The position numbers and the translations under genes are program-made. The notes below the pieces were generated by a model that did not search any database, was not told the DNA's origin, and saw nothing but the letters and a program-made list of their open reading frames with translations. From Eledone cirrhosa (taxonomy: Eukaryota), in NCBI GenBank assembly GCA_964016885.1, contig OZ024747.1, positions 18,972,001-19,036,000 on the forward strand: a stretch of DNA of 64,000 bases, read 5' to 3'. Shown here one piece after another: positions 1 to 11,344 of the stretch (its first letter is position 1; every line of letters begins with the position of its first letter).

Positions 1-34
1 TGCATGTGAAGAGAGATGGTGGGGAAATATACCT

Positions 35-438
35 TGTGTGTGTGTGTGTGTGTGTGTGTCTGTGTCTGTTTGTCTGTCTGTGTGTGTGTGAGAGAGAGTG
101 TGTGTGTGTCAGTATGTGTGTGTGTCTGTCTGTCAGTCTGTTTGTGTCTGTTTGTCTGTCTGTGTGTGTGTGTGTGTGTGTGTCTGTGTGTGTGAGAGAG
201 AGAGAGTGTGTGTGTCAGTATGTGTGTGTGTCTGTCTGTTTGTGTCTGTTTGTCTGTCTGTGTGTGTGTGTCTGTGTGTGTGAGAGAGAGAGAGTGTGTG
301 TGTCAGTATGTGTGTGTGTCTGTCTGTTTGTGTCTGTTTGTCTGTCTGTGTGTATGTCTGTGTGTGTGAGAGAGAGAGTGTGTGTGTGTCAGTCTGTCTG
401 TCTGTCTCTGTGTGTGTGTGTGTGTGCGTGTGTCAGTC

Positions 439-534
<96 letters not shown>

Positions 535-561
535 TGTATGTGTGTGTGTGTGTGTGTGTGT
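35..561. repeat. compound (TG)n/(TCTG)n microsatellite
   Basis: Direct inspection. Confidence 0.95.
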
Positions 562-1671
562 AAGAAAAGTAAGATTTTCTTTTCGTTGCCGCGAAAAGTG
601 AAGTGCAAAGTAAAGAACAGGTGTTATGTGCTGGGATTAAGGAGAATATCAGGTGCGATTTGTAGTGCTGACTGTGTGGTTTAAGGGTGTATCGGGTGTT
701 GCTTGCTGGCGGAACTGGATATATGCAGTAAGGTCAGGAAGGGCTGATTTATAAACATGTAGAGGTAAATCAGATCAAATGAGCAACAGTTGGACAGAGA
801 ATGATGATGAATATGACGGATATGGAGAGGGTGTTGCGAAGTGGCTGTTGGGGTGGGGGTGGTAGGGGTAGGGAATACTAATTTGAGATGAGGATGAGGG
901 CATTGATGACGAAGAAGACGTAGAAGAAGACGAAGGTACAAAAAAAAAGGAAATAAAAAAAAAGACGTAGAAAAGACGAAGAAAAAGAAAAGAAAGAAAA
1001 ACAAAGAAAAAAACGAAGAAAAGACAAAGAAAAGAAAAAGAAAAAAGACAAGAAAGAAAGAAAAAGAAAAAGACAAGAAAGAAAAGAAAGAAAAAAAGAA
1101 AAAAGAAAAAAAAAGAAAACAAAGAAAACAAAGAAAAAAAACAAAGATAAGGAATACAAAGAACAAGACAAAGCCAAAGAAAAAGAAGAACAATAAAATG
1201 TAAAAGAAGCTATGTTCTGTGTTACAAAACCGCTGAAGTCAACTTTGTTTTTCAGACTTCAGAGGTCGATAAAATAAGAAACGTATCAAAATATTGGGAT
1301 TGATTTATTCAGTCAGTTACACGTTAATTTAACAAGTAGGCCGTTCTGTTCACCAAACATTGCAAATACTTATCGTCGACACTGATGGAGGTCCAATTTA
1401 TCTTGTCAAAATCAAAATCACCTTTCCCTTTTGAAGACAGTGACGTAAGATTTGATGGAAGGTCAATGGAGAATATATATATATATAAATTAATAAAAAC
1501 AATGAATAAAAACAAAGAAACAGTTCCTTATATTAAAAAATTCATCATTTTACGATCGTTTCTAGGATATATATGTGTGTGTTGGTATGTATATCATATA
1601 GATCTATGTAAAATTTTTACAAACATATATATATATATACATACACACACAGAGGGTATATATATATATAA

Positions 1672-1716
<45 letters not shown>

Positions 1717-1742
1717 CATATACATACACACACAGAGGGTAT

Positions 1743-1770
<28 letters not shown>

Positions 1771-1776
<6 letters not shown>

Positions 1777-2485
1777 CATAAATCATGTCTTTAGAATTAT
1801 TAGATAAAATATATACCGTTTCTTCTTCCAATTAGTATAATTAACCATATAAAAAATCAATTGGACCAAGCTATAAGAGGAAAGGCTCTTATGAAGAAAT
1901 CTTCGACAAATAACCGAAAGTGGCCTCTTCGCGGTGGCCCCAATATAGTATATTTATCCAACATTTCGACAGTATGTAGAAACTGACTAAATATATCATC
2001 AACCATACACAATTAGGTGTAAAATTAAACTTAGAAGAAATGTGTACATACCGTAATTATATCTCTCTCTATATATATATATATATACCCTGTGTGTGTG
2101 TGTGTATACGGTATGTACACATTTCTTCTAAGTTTAATTTTACACCTAATTGTGTATGGTTGATGATATATTTAGTCAGTTTCTACATGCTGTCGAAATG
2201 TTGGATAAATATACTATATTGGGGCCACCGCGAAGAGGCCACTTTCGGTTATTTGTCGAAGATTTCTTCATAAGAGCCTTTCCTCTTATAGCTTGGTCCA
2301 ATTGATTTTTTATATGGTTAATTATGCTAATTGGAAGAAGAAACGGTATATATTTTATCTAATAATTCTAAAGACATGATTTATGATATATTGCTCTGAT
2401 TATTTAATTTATTAATTCTTCATAGAGCTTAAAAGTGACCGGTTGCAACATATATATCTATAACTTTATATATGTATATGTAAAC

Positions 2486-2490
<5 letters not shown>
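1771..2490 (+). mobile_element. (TA)n-embedded fold-back element, ~284-bp inverted arms plus tail (Penelope-like remnant)
   Basis: 1771-2054 is the near-perfect reverse complement of 2107-2390; tail gctctg...tagagctt follows the right arm only. Confidence 0.6.
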
Positions 2491-2520
<30 letters not shown>

Positions 2521-2521
<1 letters not shown>

Positions 2522-2672
2522 CGAAGGAAATGTAGTAAGGAACCAGATGGACCATAACGCACCAAAGTACTCAATACTTAGGGTAGTAGAATGGGTAATA
2601 GGAACGAGTAGGACCCAGTCCAGAATTAGCCGTCGAAACGGCTTGAGCTCAGCCGTCGGGGTCCTACTCGTT

Positions 2673-2677
<5 letters not shown>
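2521..2677 (-). mobile_element. short (TA)n-embedded fold-back element (19-bp arms) with tail
   Basis: ataggaacgagtaggaccc ... gggtcctactcgttcctat; minus-strand tail ctaccctaagtattgagtactt. Confidence 0.5.
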
Positions 2678-2736
<59 letters not shown>

Positions 2737-2739
2737 GGG

Positions 2740-2787
<48 letters not shown>

Positions 2788-2792
<5 letters not shown>

Positions 2793-2989
2793 ATAATAAT
2801 AAAATTGAAGACTAAAATCCAAAGAGGGCTCGATAAGGAAAATATATATCACATATATAAGAACCGTAGAGCTGCAACGTTTTTTGAAATATCCAGTTCT
2901 GCGTTTACAGATTGACTTTGTTAGTTTCAGAAGATCCCGTTAAGGGTGAAAGCAGCGATTCTTTGCTTAAACTTTAATCTGTTATTTTA

Positions 2990-2996
<7 letters not shown>
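2788..2996. repeat. dispersed ~200-bp element in (TA)n (other copies at 35790-35908 and 43071-43140 plus 43660-43710)
   Basis: Shared blocks tagtaataataataaaattgaagacta and gttaagggtgaaagcagcgattctttgcttaaa. Confidence 0.8.
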
Positions 2997-3035
<39 letters not shown>

Positions 3036-3158
3036 GTGAGGTTTTTTTTACAAAATGAAAAATAACCGAGGTGTCCTACACGAGTGAAAGTATAAAGAAA
3101 AAAAGATGAAATCGAAAATGCAACTGGAGTCTTATTTAAAAAATATATATATTTATTT

Positions 3159-3204
3159 GGTTCCTTTACCGGTTTCGCAGTTCTTCTGCTTTTCAAAATT
3201 AGAA
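3159..3204 (-). ncRNA. variant minimal hammerhead (U3-A8 core)
   Basis: TTGAAAA-gcag-aagaa-ctgc-GAAA-CCGG-TA-aaggaacc-aAATAAA; stem I is weak. Confidence 0.5.
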
Positions 3205-3252
3205 TTGAGATGGAGGGTCTTTGGTTTTTCAGGGTCTATATATATACATACA

Positions 3253-3353
3253 CAGGGTGTCCCAAAAAATGTACACACACTTTGATTACCTGTACAGGCG
3301 ATATTTATTAGAATGCTGTTGAAGTGTGTGTACATTTTTGGTGCGAAACCCTG
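3253..3353. mobile_element. ~100-bp mariner-type MITE (CAGGGTG ends)
   Basis: cagggtgtcccaaaaaatgtacacacactt ... aagtgtgtgtacatttttggtgcgaaaccctg|ta. Confidence 0.75.
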
Positions 3354-3414
<61 letters not shown>

Positions 3415-3823
3415 CCCTTCACTACGATATATTTGTTTGTTGTAATGTAATCAAAATATAGTTTAAATGCCCGGAGCATTAACGAGGTAAAGAGAGATTT
3501 AGAAGATTTTTGGCGGGATAGTTGATCCCTTTACAATAAAGTTGTTTACGCAAGATCTTTCATGGCCTATTTTGCATCACACAGATACTCTATTTAACTC
3601 ATCAGTATTAAATGTTGATATAATATCATTGTCATTGTTTATAGTAGGAAGGCCGACACTGTTGTGGGTTTTTTTTTTTTGGGGGGGGGGGGGTAAGGGG
3701 AAGATTTGATTAAATCATTGCCAAATTTGTATCAAGGTCATCTAGGCAATTGTCTATGACGTAGATCTCAGAGAGGCACATTACTGAACCTTAAAAATCA
3801 GTTTTATGTAACTTTGTATAATT

Positions 3824-4001
3824 AATTGTTTCTACTTTAGGAACAAGGCCAGCAATTACCCAGTACATTACTGGTACTTTATTTTATCGACCCCGTAAGG
3901 ATGAAAGGCAAAGTCAACCTCGGCGGGATTTGAACTCAGATCGTAAAGGGACGTAACTATGCTGGAAAGCATGGCGTCCGATCCTCTACCGATACTGCCA
4001 A
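3824..4001 (-). mobile_element. tRNA-headed Deu/Nin-domain SINE (octopus-type)
   Basis: Minus strand: ttggcagtatcgg (A box), gagttcaaatccc (B box), ctttgcctttcatccttacggggtcgataaaataaagtaccagt. Confidence 0.85.
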
Positions 4002-5000
4002 AATCTAATCTAATCTGGCCGAGTTTACACTCGCAAATAAGAACCAGGCCCGCCCCTAGGAGTATTGGATTTGGTGTACTTCATATTTGTTTCGGTTGCT
4101 GAATACAATCAGGGGTCGCTGCTTCTCCTGAAGGTCAATAATTCTCTAACTCCAGCGGGAGCGCCTTTCCATTGTCCATTTGCATTGATCATCTGCAAAG
4201 CAGTATTGTTCTCACCAGTTTTTCGATGCGTGCAGCTGGAACTACTGCCACCCATTGTTTTGGCAGGATTTCTTTTTTTTTTTTAGATGGCCGTTGACTC
4301 TTATGAGTTCTTCCGCCCTTTGTCAGGTTTTGTTTTTTGTCCTGCAGGGTGTCCAAAATCACCCTCCTCACCAAGTAAACTTGGTGGGGTTGCCGGTTTA
4401 GTCGCCGACGACCCGACCATGCGACAGGTTGTACTGAGTTACATGCTACCAGTAGCACCCAAAAGTGACCTAATTAAATTAAATATGAAAATAATTTCTA
4501 GAGACCAATAAATAAATCACTAAACATCTTTGCTACGTAGAAGCATTGTGGAAATGTCCGAAGCGGTGGAGAGGGTCGCATAATATTATAACCTGCCACA
4601 CGAATTAGTATGGGTGAATGTGGACTGTGTAGTGGAAAATGCAGGCTTAGAAATTCCCTAAGTGCGATCAGAAAAAGAAGTGTAAAAAATTAGGTTCGTC
4701 AGCTTACCAAACTGTAAGTTGAAAATATATTTGGGAGAAAGGGTGTATAATTAGGAGAAGGAGGTACGCGTTGTAGAGCTAGCCAAGGACACTAAATACC
4801 CGGGTGCCGGCCCTGCATTCTCCGTTAGCAAACTCGGCTCTGTATTTTTATAGCATCTATTTATAATTAGTTAGCAAGCTACCTTGATTTAAGCCGACAA
4901 ACTACCAACTAGAGCAAATAATTTAAATGGAAATGACAGACGACACGGAGAATGGTATGTAAAAAAAGTAGTAATAAACCAGCTGAAAGCAGATAGAAAA

Positions 5001-5430
5001 TTAACCCTTTTGATACTAACCTTGCCGAAATCGTCTCTGGTTCTATGAAAATAAAAACTCCCAACATAATCTTATATAATAACCATGTTACTGTCTTAGT
5101 AGAGAAATAATGATTTTAATAAATTCTTTAAAATTGTTCATTAATCAATTGAACTAGAGTGTATTTCATTAGAAATACGCTCACGATACTAACCTGCTCG
5201 GACGCCATGTTTTTTCTTTTTCTTTTTATAATACATAACTGCCCATATTAAAATGATTATCCTTATATTAAAACCTTTTTTATAATTTTATTTTAGAAGT
5301 TTTTTAAAAAATAATGTTTCAAACACCAGCTTACTAATAAAAAGATTCGCTATCCCATTCACATATTCAAAATTAAGTGATACATACGGGGAATGTATTT
5401 CATTAGAAATACGATAGCAAAAAGGTTCAA
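5001..5430. mobile_element. piggyBac-type non-autonomous element
   Basis: ttaaccctttt start, atttcattagaaata...aaaaaggtt end; related copies at 7162, 8890, 34202, 44526 and 61492. Confidence 0.6.
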
Positions 5431-5759
5431 GCAAAATAGATTAAGTCAAAGAAATAAATCTGATAAAGATATAAAACACAAAATAACATCGGAAAAGGAG
5501 AACGAGGAAAAATAAAAAGCAGGTTTTACACAAATTATTGAATACGATAAAATTCAATGTGTTAATATTTCATATAACATTAAATATGATCAAAGGAATG
5601 AGCCCCGCGAGTTGGAATCGCTATTTCAGCACGTCTCCCTTCGTTATATTCCGGAATAACACGTTCTCTATTCTGTTCGCTGCGACTTCATGTCGCTGAA
5701 AGCTCTTTCATATAGCCAAGGCATAAATCATTGTAGTAGTGATGGTGGTGATCTGTGTG

Positions 5760-6007
<248 letters not shown>

Positions 6008-6344
6008 AAATAAATAAATCATTATTAATTGAATGTCAGAAATGACAGAACAGAAAACTAAACTAAAAAGGCTTAATTATTTCAGCATCCATCTCAGTTT
6101 GGATTCTAAAATAATCGTATTAATTAGAGAAGGAAGAAAGAAAATGTTTAGTTGTCCCTCATGACTATGGAAGACATCTGCTAGATAGTGAATGCCTATG
6201 CATGAGGAAATTTAGGTAAAATGCTCTGTTGCACAACATAGCATGAAAGTAAATCACTTATAGTTTTCAGCTGTTATTGTTAAACCCTAGGTCATCCCTA
6301 ATCAAGTAGAAGGAGATGAAAGGTTTTCAGTCGCGACCATCACA

Positions 6345-6461
<117 letters not shown>

Positions 6462-6500
6462 GATATTAACAAATGGAAACTATATTTATAAAACCATATT

Positions 6501-6565
6501 TACTTCATTATATATATTTCAAGGATACCAAGTTAAATTATGGTATGCCTTCATCAGACAAAATA
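6501..6565 (-). ncRNA. mirror copy of the minimal hammerhead
   Basis: Same core; stem III is the palindrome TATATA; stem I differences are G-U wobbles. Confidence 0.7.
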
Positions 6566-6706
6566 CAATATATACCAGTTTTATAAATAAACATTGACGT
6601 ACCCTTTCAAAATGCAACCGTTACTTTTGGAAGACATCAGTTACTTTTGGAAGACATCATTTTGAAAGGGTACGTCAATGTTTATTTATAAAACTGGTAT
6701 ATATTG

Positions 6707-6771
6707 TATTTTGTCTGATGAAGGCATACCATAATTTAACTTGGTATCCTTGAAATATGTATAATAAAATA
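6707..6771 (+). ncRNA. minimal type I hammerhead ribozyme
   Basis: tattttgt-CTGATGA-aggcatacca..tggtatcctt-GAAA-tatgta-TA-ataaaata: 8-bp stem I, 10-bp stem II with 1 mismatch, minimal stem III. Confidence 0.75.
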
Positions 6772-6898
6772 AATATGGTTTTATAAATATAGTTTCCATT
6801 TGTTAATATCGTATATCTACTCCAAATACTTGTTGAGTGCTTTATATCAGTTATAAAAATATTTGCTTGTTGTATCCCAACAATTTAAATAGAACTTT

Positions 6899-6966
<68 letters not shown>

Positions 6967-8501
6967 GAGCAAATTTAGTACAATAAATTGATGACTTCTA
7001 TACACAAACAAACGCGCTGGCTCCATTACGTATCACGAGTCAGTTAACATGACTCACCTCACAACAGTCATTGCTTTACTTCGGTCTAATCATCATATCA
7101 ATGGTGTTGCTGACACAGTGAACGCAGAATGGTCGAAGTTAAGAAGTTCGATTCGCAATTATTAACCCTTTCATAACTGCATTTCTAATGAAATACACTA
7201 TTTTAATCAATTATTGGAGAATTTTGAAGGCTTTACTAAAAGTATTGATTATTTCCTTACTAAGATGGTAATTTAATGTAAGGTTCTTATATAAAATTAT
7301 TTTAGAAAATTTTAATTTAAATTGGAAACCTTTAAAATTGGTGATTTTATTTCATAGAACCAGAGATGGTTTTGGCTGAGTTGATAGTGCTGGTTCGATC
7401 TTACTGTGAGGCATATGGGACAAGTGTCATTTACCAAAGCCTCGAGTCGACCCATATGTTGTGAGTGAAAATGGGTAGGCGGAAATTGTTCAGAAGCCCG
7501 TCAGATTGACTACGCCTGATTTTTTTTTTTTTTTTAAGCCAGTTTTGTCACATTGAGATTAAGGATCCACGTGTTTATGGAATGCTCTGTCACTTAATTG
7601 TTAATTTCATGAGCAGACAACTGGAACACTCATTGTCGAAACTGACTGAGGTCCATTTCGTTGTTGATAGAATCTTTACTCTAGCACTAACTGTATACAA
7701 CAGTTTACCAAATGTGTTTGAACTCCCCCAGTTTTTAAATATATATATATATATATATCATCAATGTCTCCCCATTTTACCGTAAAGTTGATCAAAAATT
7801 ATATATCAAAAATTAAATTTGAAATGTGTGCGTCCCAACGTATATGACCATAATAACCGTCGATCCGAGACATACGGGGTTCGATTCCTCGCGGAAACTT
7901 CTGTTTCCATCTAATTTTACCAAATTTTTTGCAACTTTTATTTATAGTAATCGACTATTATTATAATTATTTACGTTGGGACATACACATTTAAAAATTT
8001 CCAGATGCTTCTTAAACTAACCACTTTATTAAAAATTAGATTTTAATTCTAAAAAAAAAAAATGTTAATATTTATTGAATAACTAAAAAGATGACAGTTT
8101 TACGAGCAACTACTAATTTCAGTTTTTTGCGCCTTTGCTCCCTTTCCTCATTCCTTGCTTTCCAACGACCCTCCTTACCATCCTTGCCTTCCAGTCCTCT
8201 CTTGAGTCTCCCACCGTCTCCATGGGAAGGGGACTGGGTGGTAGAACTCACTTGGTGGAATCATTCGTCTACAATGTATTTTTAATGATGCTCAATTGTT
8301 GCGAATGTCATTTTGCTTTAGTGTGGTTAAATCAGAAGAAAAAAAATGACCTTGGCGTTTTAATGAATTTCTCGTTATTTTGGCATATTTTTACTTGACG
8401 TTTTTTAAATAATCGTTGTTTAAGGCCCAGAGAAGATCGATGTTGTGACACCCACTCTCCTTCGTATCTTTTATAGTGATGGTGGGGAGAGAGAGAGGGG
8501 G

Positions 8502-8581
<80 letters not shown>

Positions 8582-8889
8582 TTTTTTATTAAAATATAAA
8601 TGCAATATCAGCTTTGCACACAGACAACAGTAAGTGATGAAAGTTGAGACGGAACCATAAATAACTGATGCTAGCACTCGTAAAGCTACGAGAATCACAG
8701 TTTAATAGCATATATATTTAATGGTTGTTAACCAGACGACAGATAGAAAGTTATGTAATCCTTAATGCTCGGTTATAAAACCTTCTTAAGTCAGTCAGCA
8801 TATACTTCAGCTACAGTTTGCCCAAGTCTTTATCTGGTTGCTTCACTTGCTAGAAATAGCAAAAATCCTTCAGATAACACACTTCCTTC

Positions 8890-9703
8890 TTAACCCTTTT
8901 GACGACAAAGAGCCTGAAATTGCCCCTAGTTCTATGATGCGTGTGTATATGCATGGATCAATAACTCCTAATGGAGTAGTCTTGGCGGCACCGTAGCGAC
9001 ATAGTACGTGATTTTGACATTTTAAATCTGGCAGAGACCATCCCTCTCCAGGACTGAAGACAGACGATTTATTCCAGAAAATGAAAGAAAAAGATAGAGA
9101 AGTGAGAAAATGATATATAGGAAGAATCGGCCCCAGTACTTTTTATCGACCTTGAAAAGATGAAAGGGAAAGTTGACCTCGGCGGGATTTGAGCGCAGAG
9201 AGCTGGAACGAATACTGTAAATCATTCTATCTGATATGTTCTAACGACTTTGCTAATTCGCCGCTTATGGTTCTAAGATGCAAAACTGTTTAGTTTAAAA
9301 TATTTATATATATCTAAAAACTTTCCACCATTTTTTATGCAAGCAACACTAACATAATTATCTCTAGTATAGGCTCAAGGCCAGTAATTTTGGGGGAGGG
9401 GAAAGTCGATTAAATTGACCCCAGTACGTTACTGGTGCTTTATTTTATCGACCCCGTAAGGATGAAAGGCAAAGTTAACCTCGGTGGGATTTGAACTCAG
9501 ACCGTAAAGGACCGTAACTCTATGCTGCAAAGCATGGTATCCGACTCTACCGATACTGCCAATCCACTGCCCTAACAAGCAACATTAACATAATAATAAG
9601 CAAGTTGATTATATTACCATATCCCTCCAAATACTTGATTATTTTTCAAAATGTTTTGAAACTCACAGTGTTTTCATTAGAAATATGGTAATAAAAAGGT
9701 TAA
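8890..9703. mobile_element. piggyBac-type element with nested SINEs
   Basis: ttaaccctttt ... aaaaaggttaa (TTAA at both ends); SINEs at ~9129-9265 and 9361-9572 lie inside. Confidence 0.7.
9361..9572 (-). mobile_element. Deu/Nin-domain SINE with ~19-bp TSD
   Basis: Flanked by caagcaacactaacataat / caagcaacattaacataat. Confidence 0.85.
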
Positions 9704-10059
9704 ATAAGTAAAGAATACATTGGCTAGTGTAGCCGAAGATAACTGTAAAATAGATGAGATGACCATGACTGAAATTCCTTCGATGGAATTCGATGCTTAA
9801 CAAAGAGAGAGAGTAACATTTTCATTTTTTATATTAATTTTTTTCGGATTTCTGTTATAAACTTTAGGGATTACGATTCAACAAACAAAAATTTAGATAT
9901 TCAATATTTTCATTCTCCTCCCATATATAAAATGACTATGAGTGAATTCTAATTTATTTAGTTGATAATCTAATAAATTCAATCGGATCCTTATCTTTAA
10001 AAATTAAAATATTAAGAATATCATTTCCCGTTTCACTAAATTCTTTCACATTTTAGTAG

Positions 10060-10395
10060 ATGTTTTGAGTCGTACTTCATCAAGACTTTGCTAGGTGTAG
10101 AATCATAACAGCAAATATTTTAGTCTTCAAATTAATTAAATCTTTTTTTTTTTAGTCTTCATGTTTGAAGAAAGTAGATCAAACCTACCACCCTATTTCT
10201 ATCGAAAAGTAGCTCTTTATAACCCCTATGTTTTGAGTCGTACTGCAGCAAGACTTTGCTAGGTGTAAAATCATAACACCAAATATTTTAGTCTTCAAAT
10301 CAATTTTATTTATTTTTTTTTAGTCTTCATGTTTGAGGAAAGTAGATCAAACCTACCACCCTATTTCTATAGAAAAGTAGCTGTTTGTAACCTCT
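10060..10395. repeat. tandem duplication of ~168 bp
   Basis: atgttttgagtcgtact... starts at 10060 and again at 10228. Confidence 0.9.
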
Positions 10396-10621
10396 AAAAA
10401 AATTTTAAGTGCACCCCTTCCCCTCGATTTTAAAAAGCAACGTAATCCGTTACTTGTAGCCCAGTTTTGCAATCTTGTATAGAAATATAATGTGGCAGGC
10501 AAATAACAAAAATTTAAGTTATGGAAAATTTAAATATTTCCTATCATTTTTTTTTTAATTTATTTATTACTTTTGTATGGAATGTTTTTTTTTTAGTTAT
10601 TCAGACGTGTACAAAAATATT

Positions 10622-10700
<79 letters not shown>

Positions 10701-10702
<2 letters not shown>

Positions 10703-10872
10703 AAGGCGGGTAAAATTCCCGAGATCCATGGACGAGTTCTCTCCAGCGGTCTCTGTCCCTCATTATCGCTGCCATATCCTGCATCTCCAACAGACCAGTG
10801 TCTGTCCTTAGGGCATCAACATATGTTAACCTTGGTCTCCCTCTTCTAGTGTGTCCATGTAGGGGCTCCCAA
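10701..10872 (-). mobile_element. short 3' end of the same RTE family, abutting (TA)n
   Basis: High similarity to 43174-43345 (ggcgggtaaa..gagatccatggacgagttctctccag...). Confidence 0.85.
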
Positions 10873-11010
10873 ATTTATATATATATCGCCTCTCTCTTAC
10901 ACACATACACACACTCACTATTTCGTTTAAGTTTTCGAACCGAATGTTAAAGTCTACTTAAAGTTGTACCAATAAATATATACTATATAGCAGTCTGAGA
11001 TGGTATATAA

Positions 11011-11300
11011 CACTCATGGCAACCTGCGGTCCGCAAAGCTTTCTGAATGGCTCGCCTAAGTCACCTAAGTGACCTCTTTCTGATTTTTTCACCCCAACTT
11101 TTCAGTCGTAATTTATCTTTCTATCATTTTTTCGATCGATGAAAACCACGTGTACGAATTCTGGAGAAACCAATCAAAACAACCTAAATTACCGCCCTTT
11201 TTTTTAATGTGGGCACGAATGTAAATTAGCGCTTGCAGCCCGCCTGATGATGAGCCATATCTCATGCGGCCCGCTTCTCGAAAAAGTTTGCCCATGCCTG
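11011..11300. mobile_element. hAT-like MITE with imperfect 8-bp TSD
   Basis: Right end aagtttgcccatgcctg (Charlie-like CAGGCATGGGCAAAC), degenerate left end cactcatggcaacc; flanks gtatataa / gtatatag. Confidence 0.7.
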
Positions 11301-11344
11301 GTATATAGTATAGACAGAAGTAATGGCAGTGGCAATCCCTGCCA

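Noticed and set aside
600-830. Unique GC-richer islands (also ~23345-23440 and ~24570-24760) as possible enhancers
   Set aside because: Cannot be supported without cross-species alignment or chromatin data.
6-1193. VC-, HT- and F-rich ORFs
   Set aside because: Microsatellite and A-rich low-complexity translations. The same applies to the YI, ER, LS, N-rich and V-rich ORFs throughout the window.
4270-4511. Possible exon after ttttttag|ATG
   Set aside because: No recognisable homology and no partner exons; left uncalled.
11244-11284. CTGATGA...GAAA inside the hAT MITE as a hammerhead
   Set aside because: The hairpin after CTGATGA is not followed directly by GAAA, and no stem I or stem III forms.
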